64,000 bases of DNA from Alphaproteobacteria bacterium UBA3650 (GTDB lineage Bacteria > Pseudomonadota > Alphaproteobacteria > CAAHEQ01 > UBA3637), in assembly GCA_002373815.1 (NCBI GenBank), contig DFKH01000083.1, positions 2,376 to 66,375 on the forward strand, given 5' to 3'. Below, one piece after another: positions 1 through 8,116 of the stretch (positions are counted from its first letter, which is position 1; each line of letters opens with the position of its first letter). Below the pieces are notes generated by a model, which was not told where the DNA came from, made no database searches, and worked only from the letters and a program-made list of their open reading frames with translations. The translations under genes and the position numbers were made by a program.

Positions 1-772
1 TTTTCAGTCAGACATCATTAAGTTAAATGAAGCTGACAAAGGTCGCTTAGGTTCTTCTGTAACAGCATTTTCATTTTTACAAAAATTAAATTATTTGATT
101 AAGGCTGGAATTGAAATAAAATCTTTTTCTTCCATTTTAACAAATGTTAATACCTCATCTACAATGCATCTTCCTACTCCACAATTGATGTTTATAGATC
201 AATTAACTCGCGAACTCGAAAAGAGGCCTGACTTACTAGCATCTGTTGTAGAAGAAGTACAAAAAGTTGATCTTGGAATTTCAAACTTGACTCCCTTCAC
301 AGTAAAGCCAAATAATAATTTACAACCTCAACCAGATTTGAAATTATTACTTGCTGAACATAAAGATGGACATTCTACTGTTCGTTTACCATTATTACAA
401 GAGTCAGCAGGCACAGTTAATTATATTATTCTATTTGCTAAAATTAGAGATATTTTAACAACAGGCGGTATTTTAATTGCAGATGAATTAGAAAATAGTT
501 TACATACAGATTTAGTCGAAAGAATTTTGACTTTATTTATAAGAAAAGAGTCAAATCCTAACAATGCACAGATTGTATTTTCTACTCACAATCCTTGGTT
601 TTTACAATTTTTAAGGAAAACTCAAATTTTTATTGTAGAAAAAGATCATGCGCAAGCTACTGATATGTACAGGTTGGATGAAATAAAAGAAGTCCGCAAT
701 GATGAGAACTACTTTATCAAGTATATCAATGGCGAATATGATGGTAGGCCCAAAATCAAAGAGTATTTATAA
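1..772 (+). CDS. 5'-truncated AAA_21/AAA_15-type ATPase (AbiLi-like), C-terminal part; ORF is open to the window start
   Basis: Frame is open from nt 2. Motif ILIADELENSLH (Walker B/D-loop-like) and QIVFSTHNPWFL (H-loop region) are typical of AAA_21 abortive-infection ATPases. Stop overlaps the next start (ATGA). Confidence 0.6.
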   Translation, partial: FQSDIIKLNEADKGRLGSSVTAFSFLQKLNYLIKAGIEIKSFSSILTNVNTSSTMHLPTPQLMFIDQLTRELEKRPDLLASVVEEVQKVDLGISNLTPFTVKPNNNLQPQPDLKLLLAEHKDGHSTVRLPLLQESAGTVNYIILFAKIRDILTTGGILIADELENSLHTDLVERILTLFIRKESNPNNAQIVFSTHNPWFLQFLRKTQIFIVEKDHAQATDMYRLDEIKEVRNDENYFIKYINGEYDGRPKIKEYL

Positions 773-1392
773 TGAAGAAACGCTATAGGAAAAAGACATG
801 CTATTATATATATGAAGGAAAGACAGAAGGTTATTTCCTTCATTATTTAGCATCTCTGTTTCCCAATGCTTCTGTAAAAGAAGTTTCTCCTTTCTCTGGT
901 CGAGGAGGAACGGCCGACTCTATTGTTTTAAATGCATTATCTTGTCAATATTATGATAGATTATTTGTTCTTTTGGATGAAGATTTTGAATCTAAAGCTG
1001 CCGAATATCGCATTTCAAATGAGACTCTAAGAAAATTAGAACAACAATGGAATATTGATCCAGGAGCACTCTCTGAAGTTAAATATAGAGACCTCCATAA
1101 ATATAATATAAATCATAGAAAACCTGTTATCATTGTCTCAAATCCTCAAGCAATAGAAGGATTATTATTACAAATTTTAGGTTATTCTAAACAAAAATTA
1201 GAAAATAAAACAACAGATGAGCTTAAAAGCATGATTCAAAACTTTCTCAAATCAATAACAGACACTTATCCTTGTTATACAACCCCTGAGGCGTTATTGC
1301 ATTTATTTAAACAAAAAATGTCATTAGCCATATTACAAGAAAAGCGCAAAATAATTCCAGAACTAGATACACTTTTAACTTTTTTTGAATAA
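772..1392 (+). CDS. RloB-like protein (AbiLii-like partner of the ATPase)
   Basis: N-terminal CYYIYEGKTEGYF resembles the RloB/Toprim-like signature (vCEGekTE..YF). Translationally coupled to the upstream ATPase. The ATPase + RloB pair is the known AbiL architecture. Confidence 0.55.
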   Translation: MKKRYRKKTCYYIYEGKTEGYFLHYLASLFPNASVKEVSPFSGRGGTADSIVLNALSCQYYDRLFVLLDEDFESKAAEYRISNETLRKLEQQWNIDPGALSEVKYRDLHKYNINHRKPVIIVSNPQAIEGLLLQILGYSKQKLENKTTDELKSMIQNFLKSITDTYPCYTTPEALLHLFKQKMSLAILQEKRKIIPELDTLLTFFE

Positions 1393-1417
1393 GCTTGTAA
1401 TTTATTCGAATTAATTT

Positions 1418-1990
1418 TTATATTTTTTTAATTGAAAAGAGTGGCCTTTTTGCCAATCGAAATAATTTTGTATATACGCTTAAATTTTTCTTATTATTAT
1501 CCACATGATGTGACAGCACTGAAAACTCTGAAAAATTTACCCCAAGTTCTACCAATTTTTGCAAACACAAGCTTTGTTTTGTCAGACAAGGCATTTGTCC
1601 AATATGTTGCTTTAATCTGTTCTCTAAATTCTGAGATGATCCAACAAACAATGTTGTAAATTCATGTTTGCTATTCAAATTATTCAAAACATCCTCGTTC
1701 AAGCAAAGCATAGAATCTACACCATAAATCTTTTTCCAAACTTCTCGCAATAAAGGTCTATATTTTAATACAACATCAGTGGACATCATGACCATATAAA
1801 CAACATTTTGATTCATATATCGATTTGGAATAACCACAGGCTCATCTATTTTTTGATCCATATAAAAGCCTTGATATCCTTGCGCGCGTCCTACCGCTTT
1901 GATTTCATCCATTGTTTGTGCTATTGGGTGAATTTGCGTTTGAAAAAATACTGTTGTCATTTCATCCATCGTCATACTAACTCCTTTCAT
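1418..1990 (-). CDS. hypothetical protein (island-encoded, no recognisable domain)
   Basis: 190 aa ORF in a very AT-rich region. Preceded in sense orientation by copy A of the recurring TATAAT-containing motif. Confidence 0.4.
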   Translation of the reverse strand: MKGVSMTMDEMTTVFFQTQIHPIAQTMDEIKAVGRAQGYQGFYMDQKIDEPVVIPNRYMNQNVVYMVMMSTDVVLKYRPLLREVWKKIYGVDSMLCLNEDVLNNLNSKHEFTTLFVGSSQNLENRLKQHIGQMPCLTKQSLCLQKLVELGVNFSEFSVLSHHVDNNKKNLSVYTKLFRLAKRPLFSIKKI

Positions 1991-2030
1991 TTAACTCAAC
2001 GAATCGCAGTCTAGCACAATTCAAAACTTT

Positions 2031-2060
2031 TGTGTCTTTTATAAAATTATAGGCGTGAGG
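2031..2060 (-). promoter_or_regulatory. Repeat copy A: TGTGTCTTTTATAAAATTATAGGCGTGAGG (reads CCTCACGCCTATAATTTTATAAAAGACACA on the minus strand; contains TATAAT and TATAAA)
   Basis: 25-nt exact match to 7855-7879. Shares the TTATAAAAGACAC core with copies at 5065-5090 and 6764-6784. Lies 28-70 nt upstream of the minus-strand ORF start at 1990. Confidence 0.45.
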
Positions 2061-2073
2061 ATAGTCTAAATCT

Positions 2074-2709
2074 TTAACTTATTTTTGGCAATCTCTTATC
2101 CTTAAAGTGTTTTTCTACCAATTTTTTGATTTCTTCATCTGGCAAGGACTCTATAAAACTTTTATAAAACCAGTTGCCAGATGGATGACCAAATATACAC
2201 ACATTTACCTTTTCAGGCATGCCTTTCTCTAATTCTTGGTAAAAATAAGAAAATTTTTCAAAATCTTTTCCTAATAGCCACAATTTAATCGATGAATTTT
2301 TTCTTAAGAGATTTACTATAAATTCAGCCATAATTTCTTGAGATTCTTTCTCTTTATCTAACTTGACTGTCCTAGCAGTGGACACAAAACTTTTATTCCA
2401 AAAAATAATCTCATGTTTGCAGGCAAGCTTTGTTAAAAAATCTTTTATATGTTGTGTTCGTCCACAAAAATATTCCTGTTTCTTTAATTCAGTATTCCCA
2501 GGATTATCACCAACAATAATATATTTGATATTTGCAATATTATCAATTTGTTTGGATAAATTTTCTAAAAATGGATTTGCATCTTCTCTTTTCTCATCTT
2601 GTGGATTAGGATTAGGCACCACATTTTCTTCTTGGCTATTATTCATCCAATCCAAAATTTTGTCTTTCAAATCTTCTACTAATGGGTGTAATGTCATATT
2701 TTTCTCCAA
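2074..2709 (-). CDS. uracil-DNA glycosylase superfamily-like protein (divergent family-4-like motifs)
   Basis: GDNPGNTE...EYFCGRTQ resembles UDG motif A (GEAPG..E..G.PFvG). CIFGHPSGNWF resembles motif B (HPSP). Divergently arranged with an XRE regulator. Confidence 0.45.
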   Translation of the reverse strand: MEKNMTLHPLVEDLKDKILDWMNNSQEENVVPNPNPQDEKREDANPFLENLSKQIDNIANIKYIIVGDNPGNTELKKQEYFCGRTQHIKDFLTKLACKHEIIFWNKSFVSTARTVKLDKEKESQEIMAEFIVNLLRKNSSIKLWLLGKDFEKFSYFYQELEKGMPEKVNVCIFGHPSGNWFYKSFIESLPDEEIKKLVEKHFKDKRLPKIS

Positions 2710-2865
2710 TTAAGTAAATTTCAAGCGAATTAAACTGCATTTTTTGCCACAAGTCAAGAATTACATTGCTTATTTTATTACAAAATCAGAATTCTAAAGG
2801 ATGTTTTATACGAAACAAATGACATATATTTTTATGCAACAGTTAATATATTTCAGGAAAACAAG

Positions 2866-3237
2866 ATGAAATTACAAATTGGACAAACTATCAAAGCAAT
2901 GCGCAAACAGCGTAAAATGAGTCAAGAGCAATTGGCCGAAGCGACACAATGTAGTTGTAAAACAATCAGTAATATTGAAAATGGTCACATTCCAGAGCTG
3001 AAACAAGTAGTCAATATTTGTGATGTTTTGAAAATTAGTATGGATGATCTGTTTAATTTACACTATAAACCATCTAATGATACAGAATCATCTGATGGAT
3101 ATTTTACAAATAGAGTACATTCGGATACAGCTTTAACTACAGAACAAATTCAAGATTTGGAAACTATCACTCAAAAATTGCCAACTTTAACAGCAGATCA
3201 ACTGAAAGCACTCCGCTTACTCATCAATTTATGGTGA
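2866..3237 (+). CDS. XRE-family helix-turn-helix transcriptional regulator
   Basis: N-terminal QEQLAEATQCSCKTISNIENG is a classic HTH_3 motif. 123 aa. Confidence 0.8.
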   Translation: MKLQIGQTIKAMRKQRKMSQEQLAEATQCSCKTISNIENGHIPELKQVVNICDVLKISMDDLFNLHYKPSNDTESSDGYFTNRVHSDTALTTEQIQDLETITQKLPTLTADQLKALRLLINLW

Positions 3238-3687
3238 GTTTATATTAAAAAATATAATATTAAAAAAACGATATATATCTATGGGGACATTGCCAAGGTG
3301 TCTTTCATTTTGGCAAATCTCTAATCTCAGATGTGGACTTTATAAGGCTGATTCAGTTTGAATCGGCAATTTGAGTTAGTATTCAGTTAAAAATTATCCC
3401 ATATTTTAATTTTATAAATGAGAAGTAAAAAACGAATCGGCATTAAAGGGAAAAAAGTGGATCAAAAATTGAAAATTTTACCCCCAGAATGGGCAAAATG
3501 GGGGTAAATAAAATTATAATAAAAATTATATATATCACAAAAACAGCATAAATTCTTTTATTATCATATAGTTATACAAAAACATCATTTTATTTTTATA
3601 TAAATTGACATTATATATTAATAAAGTACAACTATGCCATCAAAACACATGGTGTGTTTTGAATTAACTGTCAGGAAGGAGAAAAAA

Positions 3688-4191
3688 ATGACAGAAACTA
3701 ATATGGTTTTGAATGTTGTACCATCAAACAATTTCACCTCAAATGTATCCAATGGATTACCATCCGATGTTCAACAATTAATGGATATCTTAAATCGATC
3801 TTACTCTGGAGATTGGCGCAAATCAAAGGAAAAAACTCGAGTTTTAAACAGTATTTGGGTAAAATTGTTTAAAGGCGAACAAGAGAAACTATCCGTAACG
3901 GTTAATCAATACGCAAATATGCTTCCATTTTCAATTGAGGCAAATTTGAAAAATGTGGCTTTGTTTTTTGAACAATTACAAATGGGGGATCGCATTGCGC
4001 CTTATCTCTATGCGCGTATCTGTGAGGAACTGAATCTGAGTAGAGCAAGCAAATTGATGCCCAAAGAAAAGTTGTTCCAACTTTACCTAGATAAAGTTGT
4101 GATTAAAATTCTGAAAAAATTGTTAGAGTATTACATTTCAGAATTGAACTTCAAACAACGCATACACGGAAGCGAACTTGGGTACAATTAA
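3688..4191 (+). CDS. hypothetical protein
   Basis: ATG at 3688 is preceded by GGAAGGAG RBS. The ORF track start at 3634 is probably an extension. No domain recognised. Confidence 0.4.
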   Translation: MTETNMVLNVVPSNNFTSNVSNGLPSDVQQLMDILNRSYSGDWRKSKEKTRVLNSIWVKLFKGEQEKLSVTVNQYANMLPFSIEANLKNVALFFEQLQMGDRIAPYLYARICEELNLSRASKLMPKEKLFQLYLDKVVIKILKKLLEYYISELNFKQRIHGSELGYN

Positions 4192-5018
4192 TACCCAGCA
4201 GTGACGCAATGGATTGAGCCACCATATTTTGCAATTGTGGTGGCATTCAATCCAACAACAGGCTTTGAAGTATGGCTCTGAATAATTTTCAGAGCTACCT
4301 CATCTGTTGACAAATTGTAGGTTGGCACGATGACAACTTTGCTGGTCTGTAGGAAATTGACATAGATACCATTGGCACTATACCATCCATAGGTTGTTTC
4401 ATCAGAAGGATGATAAGGTAGAGAAATCAATTTTATCTGTGGACATTGTTTTTGAATCAACTTATGTACTTTTTGTAAATATTCAGAATTGGGGGCATTA
4501 ATACATAAAGTGTTATCATCTAAAAATTGAACAATACCATCAGCATGTGCTGTGCGCTCATAAGGTTCTGGAGGCAACCAAACCATTTTTTGAATATCAA
4601 ATACTTCATGTAAAATAAGATTCATTTGATCTTCAGAAAGTTTGTTGAGCTCTAATGGTTTGCGTGTGGCAATACCTATGCCAGAACTATTGGTCACCAG
4701 ATTACCACCATCAAATCGCAAAGGTAATGGCACAGCAATTTTATCAAAAAAGGCGAGACACTCTTTTTGAACTTTAGCACTTTTATCAAAGTGTTGATAT
4801 GGCGGTTGATAAGTCAAAGGGATGTATCCTCTGTCTGTAAAAAATGGAGCAAAATCACGAATCCAAATGTCAGATACAGCTAATGAAATAATGGTATGTC
4901 CATACTGTTTGAGCATACTGGACAACTGATCATAAAATTGGCTATACCCAATATATTGGTGCTCAATTTTGGTGGATGGTTTGACTAAAAAAATAGTATT
5001 TGGGTTGTTGATAAACAT
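4188..5018 (-). CDS. agmatine deiminase / Porphyromonas-type peptidylarginine deiminase family protein (short form)
   Basis: C-terminal GGSIHCVTAG matches the catalytic Cys motif of the amidinotransferase-fold PAD_porph/agmatine deiminase family (GG.IHC.TQ). Also has IWIRDFAP. 276 aa is shorter than typical AguA. Confidence 0.55.
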   Translation of the reverse strand: MFINNPNTIFLVKPSTKIEHQYIGYSQFYDQLSSMLKQYGHTIISLAVSDIWIRDFAPFFTDRGYIPLTYQPPYQHFDKSAKVQKECLAFFDKIAVPLPLRFDGGNLVTNSSGIGIATRKPLELNKLSEDQMNLILHEVFDIQKMVWLPPEPYERTAHADGIVQFLDDNTLCINAPNSEYLQKVHKLIQKQCPQIKLISLPYHPSDETTYGWYSANGIYVNFLQTSKVVIVPTYNLSTDEVALKIIQSHTSKPVVGLNATTIAKYGGSIHCVTAGY

Positions 5019-5064
5019 GGTACTCCTTTTTTCTAACTGGACACTATTTTAGCACAAAAAGAAG

Positions 5065-5090
5065 TCTTTGTGTCTTTTATAAGAAATAGG
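5065..5090 (-). promoter_or_regulatory. Repeat copy C: TCTTTGTGTCTTTTATAAGAAATAGG
   Basis: Shares the GTGTCTTTTATAA core with copy A. Its reverse complement is identical over 21 nt to 6764-6784. Lies 47-72 nt upstream of the deiminase-like gene start (5018). Confidence 0.4.
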
Positions 5091-5215
5091 AATTTTTAAC
5101 CTATCTTATTGTAATACAAAGAAAAATTAAAAAAGTTATCCTGCGGTTGTATATAAAAAATATAAATAAAAAAAATATGATAAATACAAACACAACACTA
5201 AAAAAAGGATAATTT

Positions 5216-6271
5216 ATGATTGAAACATTGAAGAGTAAAAAAACAGGCTTACCAAGATATCGAGCAAGAATTAGGGTAAAAAATGTCATAGATCAGTCTA
5301 AGACATTTAAGTACTATGATGATGCAAGTGCTTGGTACCACAAAATGATGGCTGACATTGAAAATTTTTCTAAATGTAATGGTTATGGTGCTAGTCGTGC
5401 CACTTTAGCAGAATGTGTGGATAAGTATTTAGCAGAAAACTATATCAAACCATCTGAGGCTTATGTTCTAAAATGGTGGAAACAACGTTTGGGCAACAAA
5501 AGATTGAGTGCTATTACACCAAATGATTTGTTGACTCATCGCTTAGAGTTATTGCAAACTGAGTACAAAATTGGACATGTATTTAAAATGAGGCAACCAG
5601 CCACAATCAACAAATACATTATTATTTTAAGTGGACTGATGACAACTGCCTGCAAAGAGTGGCAGATTATTTCAAGCAATCCTTGTCAACAAATCAAAAA
5701 ATTAAAGGAACCAAAAGGCAGAACACGCTATTTAAGTCATGATGAAATTCAAATTTTATTAAAGGCATGTGCTGAATCTAAAATGACTTATTTGTACCCA
5801 ATTGTTGTTTTGGCCTTGAGTACAGGAGCAAGACGCTCTGAAATTGTTAATTTAAAATGGCGGAACGTGTTATTGGATGAACATAGGCTTGTCTTTGAAC
5901 AAACAAAAAATGGGGACACGCGCAGTGTGCCTTTATGCGATAAAGCATTGGAAATTTTAACTCAACTTAAAAATGAACATCCACATACACAAGATTTTGA
6001 GCTGGTATTTCAAGGAAAAATAAAGGGACAACCAGTAGATTTTAAAAAGGCATGGCATACCGCGTTATCTGCTGCAGGCATTCAAAATTTTAGATTTCAC
6101 GATTTAAGACATACAGCAGCAACACATTTGTTACGCACTGGAATTGGCTTGATTCCACTTTCAGAAATTTTAGGTCATCACACCATGGATATGGTAAAAC
6201 GCTATGCGCATGTGATGACTGATTACAAAGAAACCTATGTTGCGCAAATGAATCAAAGTATTTTTCAATAA
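5216..6271 (+). CDS. int: tyrosine-type site-specific integrase (phage integrase family)
   Basis: C-terminal HDLRHTAATHLLRTG...LGHHTMDMVKRYAHV carries the R..H..R..Y catalytic box. Located next to a tRNA gene. Confidence 0.9.
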   Translation: MIETLKSKKTGLPRYRARIRVKNVIDQSKTFKYYDDASAWYHKMMADIENFSKCNGYGASRATLAECVDKYLAENYIKPSEAYVLKWWKQRLGNKRLSAITPNDLLTHRLELLQTEYKIGHVFKMRQPATINKYIIILSGLMTTACKEWQIISSNPCQQIKKLKEPKGRTRYLSHDEIQILLKACAESKMTYLYPIVVLALSTGARRSEIVNLKWRNVLLDEHRLVFEQTKNGDTRSVPLCDKALEILTQLKNEHPHTQDFELVFQGKIKGQPVDFKKAWHTALSAAGIQNFRFHDLRHTAATHLLRTGIGLIPLSEILGHHTMDMVKRYAHVMTDYKETYVAQMNQSIFQ

Positions 6272-6280
6272 GGAGGCAAC

Positions 6281-6739
6281 ATGAAAGAATATGACAAGAA
6301 AGTACGCGCAGAAATGCAAAAGTGGATGTCTGTGCAAGAAGCAAATTACAACATAGGGATTACCGTTGTCTTTAATAAGGATAATATTACAGAACAAGAG
6401 GCTTGGAGATACCTCAAAAATGCTTTTGGATATTATTATCGCAAGACACTTGGAAAAAAATGGTACTTAAAAAAGGACAAACAGTATGCGTTCATTGGTT
6501 GCAAAGAAATGGGCAAATATGGCGTCAATTTGCATTATCATCTTATGTTGGCTTTGGTACCTTATTCTTTTTGTGCCTTTATAAAAATGAATCGGCTCTT
6601 AAATAAGGGGTTGCGTAAATATATTTTGTCTGGCCATGTATTTTGTTGGCCTTTAATGGAAAAAGGATGGGGAGCTTACTTATCAAAAGAGGTTAAGCCG
6701 AACACAATCAGCCTTTTTGCACAAAAAGATTTGTTTTAA
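6281..6739 (+). CDS. small HUH-endonuclease-like (Rep-like) protein
   Basis: Three HUH motifs in canonical order: motif 1-like GITVVF, motif 2 LHYHLML (H-u-H-u-u-u), motif 3-like YLSKE (Y..K). Lies directly downstream of the integrase. Confidence 0.4.
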   Translation: MKEYDKKVRAEMQKWMSVQEANYNIGITVVFNKDNITEQEAWRYLKNAFGYYYRKTLGKKWYLKKDKQYAFIGCKEMGKYGVNLHYHLMLALVPYSFCAFIKMNRLLNKGLRKYILSGHVFCWPLMEKGWGAYLSKEVKPNTISLFAQKDLF

Positions 6740-6763
6740 ATCAATAAGTTATTATTTTATACT

Positions 6764-6784
6764 CCTATTTCTTATAAAAGACAC
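6764..6784 (+). promoter_or_regulatory. Repeat copy D: CCTATTTCTTATAAAAGACAC (inverted relative to copies A/C/B, sense relative to the downstream + strand gene)
   Basis: 21-nt exact reverse-complement match to 5067-5087. Lies 52 nt upstream of the 6836 start. Confidence 0.4.
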
Positions 6785-6835
6785 TTTTGTTTTGGAAAAT
6801 GCTACAATGCGATTCGTAAAAGAAAGGAGCAAATT

Positions 6836-7687
6836 ATGGAATTATTAAAAGATATGTGTCAACGCATGCAAAATGAATTGAAAGGCGCAAAAGTAACAGA
6901 TTTAAAAAATCAGCAAGAAACAATCGCAACAGGTTATCCTAATTTGGATGAGGTTCTAGGTGGTGGCTTACCAGTTGGGAAATTGATTGTTCTTTCTCAC
7001 CACAGAAAAGAACGAATTTACCAATCATACTTTTTTAAGCAGATTATTTGTTTAATTTTAAATCGTTTTCACAAAGAAAACTCAGGCAACAAAAAGCAAA
7101 ACAACCTTGCCTATTTTAGTTATTTACACCCTGAATTTTTTGCACTTGAGTTACTTAAAATTAAAGGAAAGGATAATTGGTTCACTGGATTGACAGAGGC
7201 AACCAACCAATCACAGATAAACTATCCAATTTATCTGCATCAACTTGATAAGACAGAGAATCTACCTGACATTATGGAGCAAACTGTTCACAAATTAGGT
7301 TGTTCCATTGTTTGTTTAGATATGGCTGATATTTGGGTAACACACAATGGCAAAAGTATTCTGGACACTTTAATTCAACTACAAGAACTTGCAAGACAAC
7401 TCAATATTTGTATTTTTGTGTCATTATATAAAGAAGAACACGACTTAAACCACGAGCAAGATATCGCAGATATTGTGTTATCATTAGATGATTTTTGTGC
7501 TCTGCATAGCGACTTAGATGATTATCCAGTCTTTTCCGTGACAGTTTATAACAATATTCGACATAAATGGTATGATCAAAGGTTATGGGCTGAAAACTGC
7601 TATTTTCAAATAAATGACAAATATATTCTACCTTGCCCCCAGCAGTATTATGATAAATTGTTGGAAAAATATATTGATGATGAGTAA
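6836..7687 (+). CDS. DnaB-helicase C-terminal-domain-like (RecA-fold) protein lacking a Walker A motif
   Basis: TGYPNLDEVLGGGLPVGKLIVL resembles the DnaB/RadA TG.p.LD...gGl..g.l.ii segment, but GxxxxGK[ST] is absent. The later LIQLQELARQLNICIFVSLYKEEHDLNHEQDIADIVLSLD resembles the DnaB H4 region. Confidence 0.45.
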   Translation: MELLKDMCQRMQNELKGAKVTDLKNQQETIATGYPNLDEVLGGGLPVGKLIVLSHHRKERIYQSYFFKQIICLILNRFHKENSGNKKQNNLAYFSYLHPEFFALELLKIKGKDNWFTGLTEATNQSQINYPIYLHQLDKTENLPDIMEQTVHKLGCSIVCLDMADIWVTHNGKSILDTLIQLQELARQLNICIFVSLYKEEHDLNHEQDIADIVLSLDDFCALHSDLDDYPVFSVTVYNNIRHKWYDQRLWAENCYFQINDKYILPCPQQYYDKLLEKYIDDE

Positions 7688-7703
7688 GCGGAGCCAATAA
7701 AAA

Positions 7704-7779
<76 letters not shown>

Positions 7780-7851
7780 AACAGAGCTATTATGCCATAA
7801 ATACAAAGAAAAATCAAGGTGTTTTTAAGTTACCGTTTTTTACTGGATTCA

Positions 7852-7881
7852 ACTGTCTTTTATAAAATTATAGGCGTGAAG
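7852..7881 (-). promoter_or_regulatory. Repeat copy B: CTGTCTTTTATAAAATTATAGGCGTGAAGG (putative tRNA-Thr promoter region; TATAAT on the minus strand)
   Basis: 25-nt exact match to 2034-2058. Lies 73-102 nt upstream of the tRNA 5' end. Confidence 0.45.
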
Positions 7882-8055
7882 GTAAAAATAAAGGACATTT
7901 TGAGGACCATTTTTATAAAGTTTTATTAAAAGAATAAGCCTTTCAAATCAAACAATTAAGAACAAATTATGAGTACTTTTCAAAAGACTTGACTTTATCC
8001 ATCAAATCCTATAAACTGGCTTCATTGTTGAGGTGTCAAGAGATGTGAGCAACGC

Positions 8056-8101
8056 ATTCGTAATCAGTAGGTCGTGTGTTCGAGTCACATTCTCGGCACC
8101 A
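8056..8101 (+). repeat. Inverted copy of the tRNA-Thr 3' half (46 nt identical including CCA; weaker similarity extends ~10 nt further 5')
   Basis: ATTCGTAATCAGTAGGTCGTGTGTTCGAGTCACATTCTCGGCACCA is identical to the 3' 46 nt of the tRNA-Thr, which is encoded on the opposite strand 280 bp away. Confidence 0.75.
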
Positions 8102-8116
8102 TTTTTTGGGGGTAGT

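Noticed and set aside
3634-3687. Upstream 18-codon extension of ORF 3634-4191
   Set aside because: A strong GGAAGGAG RBS precedes the internal ATG at 3688. The extension has no RBS.
5101-5289. 62-aa minus-strand ORF rich in Phe/Ile (FIIFFLFIFFIY)
   Set aside because: Low-complexity translation of an A/T-rich intergenic stretch upstream of the integrase. It overlaps the integrase start region and has no RBS.
8033-8116. N-terminal extension of ORF 8033-8782
   Set aside because: The extension reads through the inverted tRNA-Thr 3' fragment. The first ATG after the fragment (8117) was taken as the start instead.
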